Below are positions 26,074-42,559 of a stretch of DNA of 64,000 nucleotides, one piece after another. Position numbers and translations under genes: made by a program. The stretch covers positions 8,246,001 through 8,310,000 of the forward strand of contig OZ024755.1 in assembly GCA_964016885.1 (NCBI GenBank). The letters are read 5' to 3'. Each line of letters opens with the position of its first letter. Positions within the stretch are counted from its first letter, which is position 1. The notes below the pieces were generated by a model that searched no databases, was not told the DNA's origin, and was given only the letters and a program-made list of their open reading frames with translations. The DNA comes from Eledone cirrhosa. Taxonomy: Eukaryota.

Positions 26074-26975
26074 GTTTCATGTCTTATTAATATCACTACT
26101 GTATACATTGTCAACTTTCTGTTTCGGCCTATCGAAGTCGATAAAATAAGTAAAAATTTAGAATATAATATTCATTATACTTAGATGAATTAGCCTGTGG
26201 TATTCAGGAACAATATATTGTTTATTTCTATCGTTGGAGATATGATTAATGCTAAAGCTGATTTTGCTTTTCAAAAATAACCAGTAATGGTAACAATGGA
26301 TTTTAATTCACAATCAAATCTTTCAACGTACAATATATTGTTGTCTACCCGTTTACTGCCGTGGGGCATAGCCTAACAAAAGTTCTTCCATAAAATTATG
26401 ATGAAACTTTCTATTTAGATAACTTTAAAATTTTCGCCTTTGTTGCAATATTTCTACTAAAATTAATCAAGCTGATGGAAAGTTTTATTATAACTAATAT
26501 TATCGTAATTAGGCCGAAATTTTGAACAGAATTTAGTGAAGGTTCTTACATAGAATTATTGGATATTTTACAGGGAAATATTAACTCTTTAAAATTTCGT
26601 AGAACAGTACCAAAGTTGGCTGGCTATTAAAAAGGGTGGGGGGAGAAATATTCGCCATAGAGTGTATTTCATATACATTTATAGTAATCGAAGCTACCCA
26701 ACAAACTGCTCACATAAAAAAGAGGTATTGATCATTAAATGAAATAAACCATGGCTGCATGTTATATCATTGTAATAAAATACATATAAAATGCCTAACA
26801 TAAACACTAAACCACATAGGGAAGTATTCTGATGTATCTGATTTATCAAGTAGGGTAGGGAATGATGCATCTGGGTATTATAGATTTATATCTTTCTATA
26901 TGCCGCCAATGTTTCAATAAAAGTATTAACTATCTATGCATGTTTATGCAAAACGTATCTGCTGACCCACCCACC

Positions 26976-28166
<1,191 letters not shown>

Positions 28167-29112
28167 GTAATTGATTATAACCTTGTGTGTGTTGTAGATG
28201 TTATATAATCTTAACGAGCCTGATGTTCAGTTTGAAAATAATAGGGGCTTTCTAAATAAGTTTTCCCAAGGGTATTTCTGCATGAATACCATAGTTACAT
28301 ACCCGCTACCCTATTAGAAGTGTGGAACCGAAAATAATCTTTGCTTAAATGAATTTATAACCCTATGAGAAAGCAATTACAATATGGTTTCCAAGGGACC
28401 TTCTTAACCATACCGAAATACCGACTTATGTATAGGCATAAAACGAAACATCTACTCAAACGTGCATGAATATATTTAAACACCATAGGCTTTTAATATG
28501 ATACATTGTTTTAATATTACTCAAGAGGAGGACATTTCCGTTTATCTTCTTTGGTATTCGATTACTGATGAGATCAATATCCTTCGTGTTCAACTACTTT
28601 TAAAGAATATTTAGTCAGGCAAAGGAAATCAGTGTCCATGACATTTTCCTGGGCCTCTGGTGTGTGGGGAAAAGAGAAATACATCTTTAATCCGAAAATT
28701 TGACCTGAGAATGTAAGAACGTTCATTCCGTGGAAGGTACCACAGAGCCAGATGGGGTGTTAGGAACAACGAATTATGTTTACCAATCAGATTGACCAAT
28801 AGGAATACAACGTCGGTATGAAAACAAGATATGGAGAAAGGAATTCTAGAGGAAGTATTTGGTATAATGGCTTCAAATGAAGCCAGAGGCTATTTGAACC
28901 TTACATCTTGTCGTTATTTCGAGCCTGAATCAGGTTCACAACCTATCAATAGACATATAAAACTCAATCACTTAGCCAAAGTCATGATCTTTATTGATTA
29001 TCGATGGCCAAATAAAATGTTGACGTCTAGATTATTTTTGCAGACACAATGTTATGTGTGCTGTCTCTTTTAGGATTGTTTATTCGTTTACACACACACA
29101 CATACATACACG

Positions 29113-29160
<48 letters not shown>

Positions 29161-32019
29161 CCTCCATAGACACGCATACATATATACACACACATACATA
29201 TGCATACGAAAATAATTAAAATTCCTTGTGAGTATTTGCCGCAGTAACCGACATGATAACGGATTAAACAGCTAGAGTAAACAAACAAAAAATGATCGTA
29301 GCAAAACACGGATATCTCAGATTGAAGCAATCTGTGTTTAATATCTTCGCTCAAATAAGAATTTGTTTATTTCTTTTCTATTGACTTCTACCATTGTAAA
29401 TATCATTTGGGTCATCTGCACTTTTACTACTGTTATCGATCAGCACTAATCGAAATGCAGACACTACGTATAATAAATCACTTTAAACGAATGATTCGAT
29501 ATCTATAAATTGATTTCTAAATTAGGTGAAAGGTTACACATTTTGAGGGACTGGGCAGAGAACATAAGGACTTGAACGATACTAGTGAAAATGTAACGCA
29601 GTGTCCACCACAATGGTAGTTGAATGTTGTTTTAAACAACGCAGTGCAATGTCACACAGCTATATCGTCAAATATCCGGCATTTATCTCTTTTAAATGTT
29701 ACTCTAATCATTTATTATATTTAACTTTAACCAATCTTCTTTTCGTTGTGTGTTTTGTCTGGGGAAGATATGACTAGCTGATTAAAATGTTTAAAGTTTT
29801 CTTCGCAACTTTGAAGAAGTCCCTGGTTTGATCTCCCTATATTGTATTTTCAACTATGGTAATTTAATATAAGTTCGATCTCCTCAAACATTCAGAATAA
29901 AGATTGAGTAGACTGAATTCGTCTGGAACCTCGCTGGAAAGATTGTATCTGTATTTCCTAAATGTGTCTCTCTTATTTCGCCTGAGAATCGAATTAATGG
30001 TACACATATATGTGGAATACTGAGATAGTTTCCCTATCAGTTAGTTCAGTAGAGTTAACAAGTGATCATCATTATATCCGACTGAGAAAACCCTTACCAT
30101 CACCCTGTCTAGTTCATTATGTTCAAGGTTTCAATGGATATATTATGTTTGATTTTTAAATCCCTGTTTATTATTTACCGTCCTTTTATTTATTACTAAA
30201 TTTCATGAAAATAAGTTTAACATAATGCATTTAACTGAATTCCATTTACCAGTCTTTAGTGTCTATTAATTAGGAGATAGGGCGGTACATATGAGCCTTC
30301 CAGAGTCACTCTCACTACTGGAAGGAAGGGAGTGATAAGATACCTCCTGACAACAAATCTGACCAGTATGCTCGAACAGTATGAACTCTACTAAAAGCAC
30401 CCAGATGTTAGGATGTACTCTCTGGGGTTCAAACGTGTCAGAACGTTTGAAGTCTACCAATGGAAAATATAACAGCGTTCAATGTTTTTCCATATACAGT
30501 GTAGAACGTGAGGCCATCTATATAGAGAAAGAGGCCAATTATTATTCTATAAAGTCTGTATCTATATCAAAAGTTTAACATTTTCATTGAAAATGTTAGC
30601 TCAAAACATGAAAGTATATAATTATTTGTTTCCCCCATTCATGACAATGTTTCTAATGTAAGACATTACCTATGATTTTCAAATAACTTTGAAATATCAA
30701 CATAGACGATTTCGTAATATAGCCTTTCTAATAATTAATCTGATATATAGAACATAATGGTTTTTATACAAAAGATGTACTTCAATAGTATCATATCATT
30801 GAAGTAAGTGTGTTTTCAGGTGGTTTCCTATGAAAAGTGTTAACTATTTTGCTTCGTTTGAAGCTTCCCAATAGTCTACAATCCATTAGTTGATGAATAT
30901 ATATCTGCAATATACACACCAGTTTGTCTCCTACAGTTTTTAGCTATAGTTTTGATGATTAGTAACTAATCTTTACAACGAAACGAGCGTCTATTGTATC
31001 CCATTGTGACTGGTTAATTGCTATTATCATCTTTATTACACATGGTTTGTTGAAAGTATCATGTGTCTGTCTCCTTTCTTAACACAAAGAATTGTACATT
31101 TCGGAAACATATATATTTGAGGCTAACAAATAACGCCTGAAAATGCTGTAAATATATTGACAGTACATAGCATTTTCTATGTTTCTATCTGTTCTTATAG
31201 GTAATCTATCAATATATTTATCGAAGTTGCATAATTCCTGATGTAAAATTTACAAATGGAATGGTAGATATATTCTGTTACTGCTATAGTGTGTTTAATT
31301 TAACAGTGACGACAGTGAAATTACTTAGTCTCTAGTTTGTTTTATCATAACAATGCATGTTGATAATTTGAAAACTATTCCCACTTATGTTATGAGAAAT
31401 GATGTCTGTAATATTATGATCTCTGTGGTGTTTGTGTGTGTTAAAGTATATTAATTTCGCGTTGTCATGTTCTAAGCTAATTGCTCATATGAGTACCAAA
31501 GTATTTGTTTTACTCGCTGTTACAATTGTGTGCGAGCCAGCCGTATGTTGAGCAATTTCACGGGGTTATTATCTCCAAGAATATTTTGTTAGAGTTAGTG
31601 TGGGGTATCCTAATAGTATGTGTATTTGTTCAGAAAGTACACAGTATAGGCAATATGTGTCTGTTATATTGATGTATTTTGTGTATATCCATTTTACTAT
31701 ATACTGTTATAATGACTAGACTTGTTCATCCAAGTCAGAGTTTTCGTCTAATCCATATAATGAACATCCAAATTGCTTTTTGCTTGGTGTCTTGTTCATG
31801 GGTTCAATGCGATTCACCACGCACGACTCGAACTCACGACCATACGATTGAGAACAGAACATTCTACCCACTAATGAGCTTTCATTTACAGTCAGTTGTC
31901 ATATCACTTAAATAAACACGCACATACACACATCGGCTAACTCTCATTGATATTAGCATTACAATTTCTAGTTATACCGAAGCCTGCTATTAAAATCTAA
32001 AACATGAAAAAGCTCGACA

Positions 32020-32285
32020 TTTGCCATCCTCATCGTTATAATTATCATCGTCATCATCATAATTCTAACATCTTCGTGATTGTTATTACCGAAACGAGAA
32101 CCACCACCACCACCGTCATTAGTATCATCAGTAAGATCGACATCATCGATGTTGTCAGGATCGTATTTTTCATCTTCCTCATCTTCTTCATCATTACCAT
32201 CATCCATCTTATCGATATCACCAGTATTATTATTATCAATATCGGCTTATCGTATGCATCATCAATTATTTTCATTTTCATCGTG
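32020..32285. repeat. Degenerate (CAT/ATC)n low-complexity tract
   Basis: Decayed CAT/CAC/TAT triplets giving ORFs in several frames on both strands. Confidence 0.8.
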
Positions 32286-33689
32286 TTCCATATATATATA
32301 TATATATGCATGTATGTGTTTGTGTGAGTGTTCCATTCCAAAATCAAAAGGTGTACAAAGTGTTTGATGGTGTAATATTGCCGAGAAATTAATGAAGTGT
32401 GTAAGTATGGCCGTGTTTTGGAAGCAATTTTCTGTCTAGACAGCTATAATATTTCCGTAGTCTGTTGAAATATCATTTAAAATTATCATGGTGTATGGTT
32501 TAGCTCCGATCAAAAGACCAATTATATTACCGGAAATGCAACGACTCTTGGGTAATATATTGATCATATTCTAACGGTTTAAATGCACTCACACACACAT
32601 TTATACATTATATGCACGTACACAAATTAATGCATTCACGAAAACAAGCACGCACGCACTTGTAAATAGACACACAGATACACAGACACACATGCACCAA
32701 CAGAATGACACATAGGCCAAAGAATACACATACAAGCACGTACAAACATGTAGTGTTAGAGATATGGACGAACGAACATACACACAAGACATAACCTTTA
32801 TCTTTACACCCATATAATGTTTGAATGTACTCACATATCTTCGAACATTTTACTCACATATCTTCGAATGATTTTTACAGTTAACTTTGCAAATACCGTT
32901 CACGGTTTATGTGGCATTGTGAGATTGAGCGACGGATTTAGGCGCTCAAATAGTAGGAGTCGTGCATCAGATGGGCTTACACTTTGCCTCTGAGCAGCCA
33001 ATTTGAATCACAAATTATTCGTCGATCTAAACTTATTATAGACGACGACAAATGATTGCTGTTGTGGGCAATCGCTTTTATCATGATTTCACCGTTAGAT
33101 GGATGGCTCGTTAGATGGATGAAAGAATAGATGTGTGGATATACCCATACGCACGTAGATAGCTTGATAGAAAGACGGCTACATGGTTAGATGAAAAGAT
33201 AAATGTTACATAAATAGATACAAGTATTGATGTATGGATACATGGATGGACTGACACTTGGATAGATCGATAAATGGATAGGTAAATAGATACAGGATGG
33301 GAGTATAGATAATACTACTTTCACATATCAAACGACATTGTTGCCAATAGATAATATATGGATTGAATAAAACGAAATGGTTGTGTTTTCTATGTCTGTA
33401 ATGATATGGATCCCAGTTCATAAACCAAACCTAGCTGCAAAAATGTTAACTGTGCAGCTCTAAATAATTATGGAATTATTAAATTAGAATTATACGGTTT
33501 GTCCTCACCAACGTTTTCATCTTTATTCTTTAACTGATTTCATTTAGTAGACTGTGGTCATTTATAGACACCGCTTTCTAAGGATTTAGACACTCATATC
33601 GATAATAGTAAGTTTCTTATCAAGTCTGGTATGTATTTTCTCAACATCTATTTGTCAAACCACTAAGTAAACACCCACACCACACACTC

Positions 33690-33850
33690 ATGGTGGGCTT
33701 CACAAATTCCGTATACCACATTTCACTGACAAGAAACTGGTGACCTCAGGTTATAGTGGAAGATATTGCTGGGACGTGCCACGCAGTAGGACTGAACTCG
33801 AAACCCCTGAGTTGCAAAGTGAAACCCTTTAACCTACACTACTATGACTG
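33690..33850 (-). mobile_element. Degenerate SINE, family C
   Basis: GGGCTTCACAAATTCCGTATACCACATTTCACTGACAAG...GTGCCACGCAGTAGGACTGAACTCGAAACC. Confidence 0.65.
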
Positions 33851-34767
33851 GAGTTATATTTTATAACCATACTTCTAAGGATAATATCTTAAGTTTCTCA
33901 GAAATATCAGATTTTCCATGCGTTTCTAATCGAGGATAGAGCTCAGTTTCCTTCTTTTGATTTAACTAAATATTTCTTGCCAATTCTTTCCCATTTGAAT
34001 GAAAACCGTGCTAGGTAGTTCTCCTTCTCTTTCCATTAAATTTACTTTAGTAAACATGCATAGACGTTGATTGAAAGCAAGTGGTTAGAATTTCTGGAGA
34101 GCGGTGTCGAAGAAGATTAACGAATGTCGTTTGTGTCTCGCTACAACATATAACAAGGAGAATAAATCTTATTACATAAAAGAGAGAAATCTGATTTACG
34201 CGATAATTGAATGCGACATATCAAAGTATCTCTCAAACACTAGTAATTAATTTTTACTGTTCTGTCAATAAGATAGAGAAACTAATGTTAATGATGCTGT
34301 TCTTTTCTTTGAGTTGGGAAATTTGTGCATAATATACTATTTGATATTGATCAAAACCTATGACTTTCGATACTGCATGTTTTAATTAGATTGCATATAT
34401 ATTACATGTATCACATGAAAGTATATAGACTGCTATAACAACGATATTCTTTGATGGCCTTCGGCTTTTATTCGGAAAAGTCAGTAAAAATATGAAAAGT
34501 CAAAATCCGAAACCAAATTTATTGTTACAATATATCAACCGCCCTCTTACATGACATTTCTTAAACACGAACAGAAGGAAACCAATAACTAAAGGGAAAG
34601 CTGAAACTAAATATAGTTTGAAGAGCGTCAGCATATGTATTTCTTTCGCGAGGATGAAAGGCAATCAAAACTAAACTTTTATAGTTATTCTTATAGTTAT
34701 TATTTTTGAAATTTTCCTTTAATACACTTAATATATGGCACGAGCTGTTACATTATTGTAGATATAT

Positions 34768-35030
34768 ACAGAAGTTCTCCAATGTGAGAAAATTGTTTCA
34801 ATACTAGCTCTGCAGGAAAAGAACCAAATTCTTTGGACGAGCCATGTTGACCACATGGTCACCAGATGTATAGAAGAACAACTCTACAATACGTTTGCTA
34901 CTGGGAAGAGAACATCTGGTCAGAAGAAATAAACTATACGATAGCTTGGAGAAAAAAACAAAATACATGAATATGAAACCGTTAACAGACACTTATGGAG
35001 CAACTTCATTCATAAATCTGTAAAGGCACG
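34768..35030 (+). pseudogene. Decayed RTE-clade LINE ORF, region C-terminal to the RT domain
   Basis: Frame from 34768 reads TEVLQCEKIVSILALQEKNQILWTSHVDHMVTRCIEEQLYNTFATGKRTSGQKK*, then after frameshifts LYDSLE and NRHLWSNFIHKSVKA; fits the RTE pattern EVL..A...SI......QLRW.GHV.RM...R.PKQL.YG....GKR..G..KKR.KD.LK...DR..WR..I. Confidence 0.8.
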
Positions 35031-36247
35031 CATGTAGAGAGGAGAAACCAAACGTAAGTTCCACAAAATAACTTCAGCTGGCACTACAAATGAAGCAAGT
35101 ACATATATGAAGAATAAACATATACCTTACATTCGGTCACTATATGCCAAAGTGTATTGAGAAATCGACTTTTGTCCAGAGGTAAAAGATTCTGCTCAAT
35201 TTGCTTCCTTATTTTCATGTTTTTTCACACCTATTCTGCTATTTTATTTAAACGGAATATGCTCTCTTTTAAGCATAGAAACTTAAGGCACCAAGTATAC
35301 ATAAAATCGATGTTTTGAACATCTTGATTTTCCTATCGTTATTATTATAATATTTTTTTCACACATCCGTTTGATCCTAAAAGCACATTTCAACTGAATC
35401 TGCCACTTTGCTATGCATGTATACAATTAACTCAGCATTGTTTTAAAAACAAAATATCACCTATTCTTTCGTTTCCCCGATGCTCTTGTAAACGATTTAC
35501 ACTTACATGAAATCCCACAGCAAAAAAAAAACACATACGAAATAATGATATGTAAAAACATTTTAAATCGAACATGTTTGAATGCCAATGGATTCCAGCA
35601 GAATAGATAGACTAAAATCCAGACAGATTCAGGCAATATTCAGTTCTATCTTTTCCGTATTTAACAATGTCGGTTTACCACAGAAGAAAAACGGTCGTAA
35701 AATAAAATACTAGAATAAAATGAACATGTTTTGTTGTGCCATAAACCAAGCAACAGAAGCATGGTTATAATTACATCAGCTTTCAAGCAGTTTGAAAAAT
35801 CTAGCTCAGCAACTAGCATGGGGGCTTTGGTAATCTGCAGCAGTAATTTTTCCCCATCAGCGCTGCTGCTAGATTCAAATAAATGATAAGGCAGACGCTG
35901 ACTTAAATATTTTAGTGCTTGCGTGACTTTCCAGACAGTTCTTTTTTGTCTTTTATTCTATCTTTCATTCGTTTTCTCTACTTCAGTTTTTTTTTGTTCT
36001 CGTTTACTTTTCTCTTTTTTTCTCGTATTTTCTAGCAAGCGGCAAATTATTAAATTAGAAGGAATAATAAAACAGCAAGAGGTGATAGTGCATTTTCCAT
36101 TGTTGGCATAAAACTAAATAGAAGAATAAATCGAAGCGATTAACCTTTATCAATGGAAAACTATCTGCATAATAAATATTGCATGAAACATGTTAACCAT
36201 CATAGCAAACTGCTGCTTAAACGTTTGGTATGTTAGAAATCATGGAA

Positions 36248-36317
<70 letters not shown>

Positions 36318-38179
36318 TTCCATATATATACATATATATATGTATATGTGTATATATAAATGTGTGTGTGTGCGTGTATATAAACTAAGAGATATGTGAT
36401 TAATTCTACCCGGGAGGTTATCAACATATTAAATATCACAAATTCGATAAGATTCCCTCGATCTTACCAGTTAAGATCCTTTCATGAGCCTAGTTGTACT
36501 CTTTTGATACTAGCCTAACAAAAGATTACCCCAACCCAACGTAAAGGACATTAACTACAATAATTCAATACGAAATACTTAATTAAAGCTTGCTGCACAA
36601 TAGCCATTCAGAAACCTCACTATGCAATCCCAGACACAGCTCACTTTTTTTACATTGAAGCACTTTGATACCAGCAAGAATAACCTAATGAGATCAATGA
36701 TATACGACTATTAGTATGTTGCCTATATGTTGAAGTTAAAACATCAGCTTAGAATAATGTAATAAATTATAATACTAGTATTGTGTAATATTTCTTTCGC
36801 GTGTTTCTTTCAATCAACGCATATATATTTTTCAGAACATAAATGTTAACCAGGCGGCGAATTAGAAAATTCGTAATAACGCCGGATAATGTTTTTTTTG
36901 TATTGGCTGTAGCTCTCTACGATCAGTTCAAATTCCACTGGGATCATATTTTCTTCCTTTCGAGGTGGATAAATAAATAACCAGTCATATAGTGGATTCG
37001 ATTCTGCCGCTATATCTCTATATCTCTATTGTTATCTCTTTCTTCCTTTTGAGTTGGATAATTCATGTACTGGTGTCACGTTATCCATATTTTTTATGTT
37101 TCTTTCTGCAGAAGAGATCGTCTATGTTCAGACGAAAGATGCTGTCCCCCACCAGGTTTAAGTGCCCAATAAAAGCCTTATTTTACGACAAAGCCCCTCC
37201 AACGTCATCAGGAGTTAAGGCCTTATGTCAAGTCCACTATAATAACCAACATTTGTTTGACTGTAACACATGGACACCTAGAATCTTATATACACAGTGT
37301 GTCTTCAGAACAGTAAATACAACTTGTTTAAATACATAGAAAAACACTACCTCACCTCATAAAAGAATAGTTAAAGAATAGTTAGTGTCGGAAAAAATAA
37401 CTTGCAATATTTGTTTCAAATCATTACTTGCTGAGTTCAAATGTCACCACGTCAACTTTGACTTTAAAGGTTATTTCTCGAGGTCAGAAAACAGTTTCAG
37501 AATATCTCATACACGCAACACATCTCTGACGAAACAAGAAACGCACAAACAACACACATACTCAGGAGCACATCAACACATCAACACGCAAGCATAGAAG
37601 CATATAACTACACAAGTACTCATACAGGGACACACAGGAACACACGAACATACACATGCACACACAGGAATCTATTATATTTTTCTTCGTATTCTGATAA
37701 ACATTGAAGTGATAAAAATATTAACGGAAATATTGTGATATTTATTCTCAGTAATAAATATATTGATACATACTGATGTAAAGGTCTTTCCTCACACAAA
37801 ATCATATACATACACATATAGGAACTTATATACTCGTACACACGTGTTTGACCATTCTCACATAAATACATACATACACACACGCACACTCACCACCAAT
37901 TGTTCTTGCTTAAATTGTATATGTTTCACTGTACGAAGAAATGGTGAGATGAGTGAGAGAGGTGTTTATAAATATGAGTGTTTATTGTGTAATAAAACAC
38001 AATATATTATATATATGATATTAAAATTGTTTTGGCAGTATTTCCCAATGGTAGAAAGAGCATTTACAGTAGAATAGAGAATAGATATTGTGTACATTTA
38101 TTCGCATACACACACACATGCATGTATGTATATATACACACACACACACACACATATATATATACATACATACACACAC

Positions 38180-38243
<64 letters not shown>

Positions 38244-39585
38244 ACAAATAGTAGAAAGGAAAAGGATTTTATCAGTAGAAAATTCGATATATATATATAT
38301 ATATATATATATAATGTGTATATATGTGTGTGTGTATTAAGAAATATTTTCAGCTCTAAGCATTGCTGCATGAGTTGTCATTTGTGTGGATGTGAAAAAA
38401 ATTAGTTCCTTTTGTCGACTTCACATATCTGCGTTGATACGTTATGGAAATGTGTTATTGGCAAAACTATTATGTTATACAATTGATTGAGATATTGATA
38501 TTACATCATACGCTCTCATTACGTTAGCTATCTCTTTCTCTGTTAAGACAACTTATTACTTGATTAGACATTTTTCATTTTTCCATTTTGCAGTTAACTT
38601 TAGAAATAATCTTTTCAAAAAATTAAACAGTATTTACTCGCTTCAATTATCAAAAGAATTCGGTTGTTTTTCAATCTTTTGAATTTCGTGTGTGTGTGTA
38701 GGTGTGACTGAATGTGTGTGAGAGATGTGTCTGTATGCATGTATGAGTGTGTAAATGTGTGTTTTAATTTAATTTTTTTAATTTGCGAGACTGTTAAAAC
38801 CCTTGTCATATTCTATTGCGTTAGATTGCTGAAGCGTGAATCGTTGCTCATTTTGCTGATAAAAATTGCCTATTCAGTAGAAATAGTCTCCTCATTATGT
38901 TGATAAGACGAGAAGATATTACCATAGTAACAGTAAAATAACCTCAAATATTTATGCAAATGTAATTAGCTTTCTAAAGAGGCTGAAAATGCAAAGCAAA
39001 ATCTTTCTCGGCTTGTTGAAACATTTTAGCAAGAATTAACAAATTCTTTGATCAATAACCATTTGGATGGAAGAGAAAAAAAATAATATAAAAGATGTTT
39101 AGAAACATTATGAATTCTGTTGAACAAAAGTTTAGAAAGTATTATGATCTGCATAACGATTGGGTTTAATTGCAACTTTGTTTGTTTATTATAGGAGCCA
39201 ATTAGGAGGTGACGAAAGATTATCTATTTCTATATTATTGTGTATCAATGTTTACTTCAGTTAATATTAAATCAGTATAAATATATATATAGGTAGATGA
39301 GCCGTACTAAACCATGAACTCTTTGTGTAGATATTTGCAGCACAAATATTATTAGATACTAATCATTAGTTTTATTTACGCTATTTTTATATTAACTAGT
39401 GTTTTACTCTTTACCATTATACCACTATGTTTCGAATGAAAGACACTGCTTATGATTTTCAAATCATTTTGAAACTATTCAATTATTTGGTGAGAGTTAG
39501 AAATATAATTATCATTCGCATTATTATGCTTGCATTTGGTAGATAATTTAACAAAGATTCTTACATTAATTATTATGACAGATTA

Positions 39586-39692
39586 TCCCGCCGATGTTAA
39601 CTTTGCCTTTCATCCTTACGGGGTCGATAAAATAAAGTACCAGTAATGTACTGAGTAATTGCTGGCCATGTGCCAAAAAGTAGAAACAATTA
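39586..39692 (+). mobile_element. 5'-truncated SINE family A with ~20-bp TSD
   Basis: Starts at ATCCCGCCGATGTTAAC; ATTAATTATTATGA(C/A)AGATT on both sides. Confidence 0.88.
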
Positions 39693-40637
39693 ATTATTAT
39701 GAAAGATTTTGAGATAAATATAAACATTTTACAATAAACAATTTTGTATTAAAATTCCCCGGTGTTTTCATGCATAATTCCCACATATTTATATGAATAC
39801 AATGGAGACGCATAAAGGAATTGTCAGGAAATCATAAGAGAAGATGGGGGATCTAGTAGGCAATCCCAGTTGTTGAAGACTAATAAACAATTTCACAACT
39901 GTAGTTGTAGGATCCCCACTAGGTATATAAGCTCCATGCAACCAAAGAGACGCATTATAATCCCAATTATCTCTAACCATAGATCTAGTGTATATTGATA
40001 CTTCTATAAAAAATAAAATAATCTTTTAATGTTATGTCTAGTTTACTAATCCATTGAAAATAATATAAACTGTTTCTTAGATTTCTCATTTTAGTTCTTA
40101 TTCATTATAGCTTCTTCCTAATAAAAAGAATTATTCCTATTACTAACGATTTCTCCCGATTGAATTGCCGCAGTAATTGTTTGGCGATATTTCAACAGAA
40201 ACATAACCTAAAGGATGATAAAGACGCCAAGGAAAGACTAATGTGAGAGAAAGAAAGTAATATAAAAGACAAAGACTTATAAATAACAATGATGGTGATG
40301 ATGGACAATACAGGGATGATTATGATGATGATGATGATTATGATGAAATTGTGCAGTCTTTATATATTAGCTCAAATCGATAGCATTCGGCTAGAAAAAT
40401 TCAAATGAATTGATGTATGTTTGCATTGTGTGTGATGTGTGTTTGCGGATTATATATGCGTGATGTGTTTGCGAAGTATGTATATGTGTGTGAGCTAGTC
40501 TTTGTGTGTGTGTGTGGAATGAGTGGAAGGCGAGGATATTAACAGCCTGACCTCTGAGAAATTGGATAGAAATGAAACTTGAAAAATAATTCTTTGATGA
40601 GTGCCACTGACAGTTCTTCTGCCAAGCTAATTGCACA

Positions 40638-40682
<45 letters not shown>

Positions 40683-41050
40683 TTCATGTATATGTCTGTT
40701 TACTTCAATTAATTAAATGTTCAAACGCATATCGCATATGCCCCGATGCATATATATATAGTCGTTCATAGATACATACACACACACACACACAAACACT
40801 TATACGCACCCTGAAACATATATACGCAAGCCAATTAGCACTCGTTAGAAAATATTACTCAAAATTGTTTGCAGTAATTCTAACGGCTCTGTGCGTTCAG
40901 AGTTCAAGACCCACCCAATGTTACTGAAGTGATATAGACAGTTTGTGCGTATCATTGAATCCAATCAAAATAAGACACACTGCCTCTAAATCCATAATGT
41001 GGCTTGCGTTCATAGATAAAAGTTATTTGAATCTGGTGGGCGTGGCGTTG

Positions 41051-41140
<90 letters not shown>

Positions 41141-41142
<2 letters not shown>

Positions 41143-41729
41143 TGGCTGCCAACTCGTTTTCGAGTACGGCCACTACTTTATATCCATGTAGGAGAACCCC
41201 TACCGATGCGCTGAACGAGTGTGACTATTTAGTCCAGCCAGCGACTTGAAAACTATGGTACAAACACTACACTTGTGACAATAATTGACACATAGTGCTG
41301 GGCCCATGGTACCATGTGACGACAAGTGCAGAGAGATCTCCAGATATAAAGCAATGCCTGTGCCGTGAAGCTTTTATAGTGAGCAAAGGCACTGCACAAA
41401 GCCAGTCCCACTCTCTTAACCAAGATGATATTTACCAAAAAGAAGAACAAGTCAACATCATTGGATACCATCAAGGTTGCAGGTGTTATATCATAGTTTT
41501 CCTTCTCCTAGAATTCTGCCTTGACAAAGGCTAAGGGGTCATCTCTCCCGGTGATTTTGGATGGCCATTGACTCTTAAGATCTCCTTTGCCCTTTGACAG
41601 GTTTTGTTTTTAGTCCTGCAGGATGTCCAAAGTCACCCTCCTCACCAAGAAACCTTGGTGTTGCCAGTTTAGTCGCCAACGACCCGACCATGGGACAGGT
41701 CGTACTGGGCACCAGTAGCACCAATTGAT
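41141..41729 (-). mobile_element. Non-autonomous RTE-derived element, copy 1, inserted in (TA)n
   Basis: Reverse complement is collinear with 46111-46714; lacks the first 4 nt; (TA)n on both flanks. Confidence 0.88.
41200..41307 (-). CDS. 35-aa C2H2 zinc-finger micro-ORF in the element (remnant of an RTE ORF C-terminus; expression unknown)
   Basis: [35 protein letters not shown]; C-x2-C-x3-F-x5-L-x2-H-x4-H. Confidence 0.4.
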   Translation of the reverse strand: MGPALCVNYCHKCSVCTIVFKSLAGLNSHTRSAHR

Positions 41730-41767
41730 ATATATATACATATATATATATATACATATATATATAC

Positions 41768-41798
<31 letters not shown>

Positions 41799-41951
41799 CA
41801 TATATATATATACATATATATATATACATATATACATATACATATATATATATACATATATATACATATATATACATATATATACATATATATATATATA
41901 CATATATATATATACATATATATATATACATATATATATATACATATATAC

Positions 41952-42012
<61 letters not shown>
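41730..42012. repeat. (TA)n/(TACA) microsatellite
   Basis: Directly visible. Confidence 0.97.
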
Positions 42013-42015
<3 letters not shown>

Positions 42016-42391
42016 CATCAAGTGTATAGGTGGAAGTAGGACATCTTGTTCATTTTACGCATGTTTCACTGATCGCGGAGAACATCAATTGACAGGGATA
42101 TGTAAATTTGTTTTCAAAGTGAACATATCCCCAAACGTAATATATGCTAAACACAGGATCATCAGGGATTTACATAGCCTCCACAAACCCAGTACGCAAT
42201 TCATGTAGAGTATCTCCCATGAAAACAACATTACAATATTAGAGTTACGTCTTCAAAGGTATAGAGGGATGTAAATACGATCAGAAAAATACATTGCATT
42301 AATATTAAACGATTCTTATAAATCCTTGATGGATATTGAAAATTTGCAGGATAAGGGAGATAAATCCTAATAATCCACGTAAATTTAGTTT

Positions 42392-42559
42392 CACTGGTGC
42401 CAAGCTTTATCGGCCTTTGCTTTTTTCTTGGACAACATCAGTGGCGTGGGGTGTGTACATTGGTATGCTGGCCTTCACCAAAATAACCTTGCCCGTGCTT
42501 GTGACACGGAGGGGCGCTTTCCATGTGCAAATCCCATGGGCACTCATGACTGAAGGCGG

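Noticed and set aside
31968-32367. Acidic or His/Ser-rich ORFs (MDDGNDEEDEEDEK...)
   Set aside because: Decayed (CAT)n triplet tract, open in multiple frames, with no domain or splice support.
37112-37155. Possible plus-strand exon after a strong acceptor (TTTCTTTCTGCAG), reading EIVYVQTKDAVPHQ
   Set aside because: Weak donor (GTTTAA), no recognisable protein and no partner exons; needs RNA-seq.
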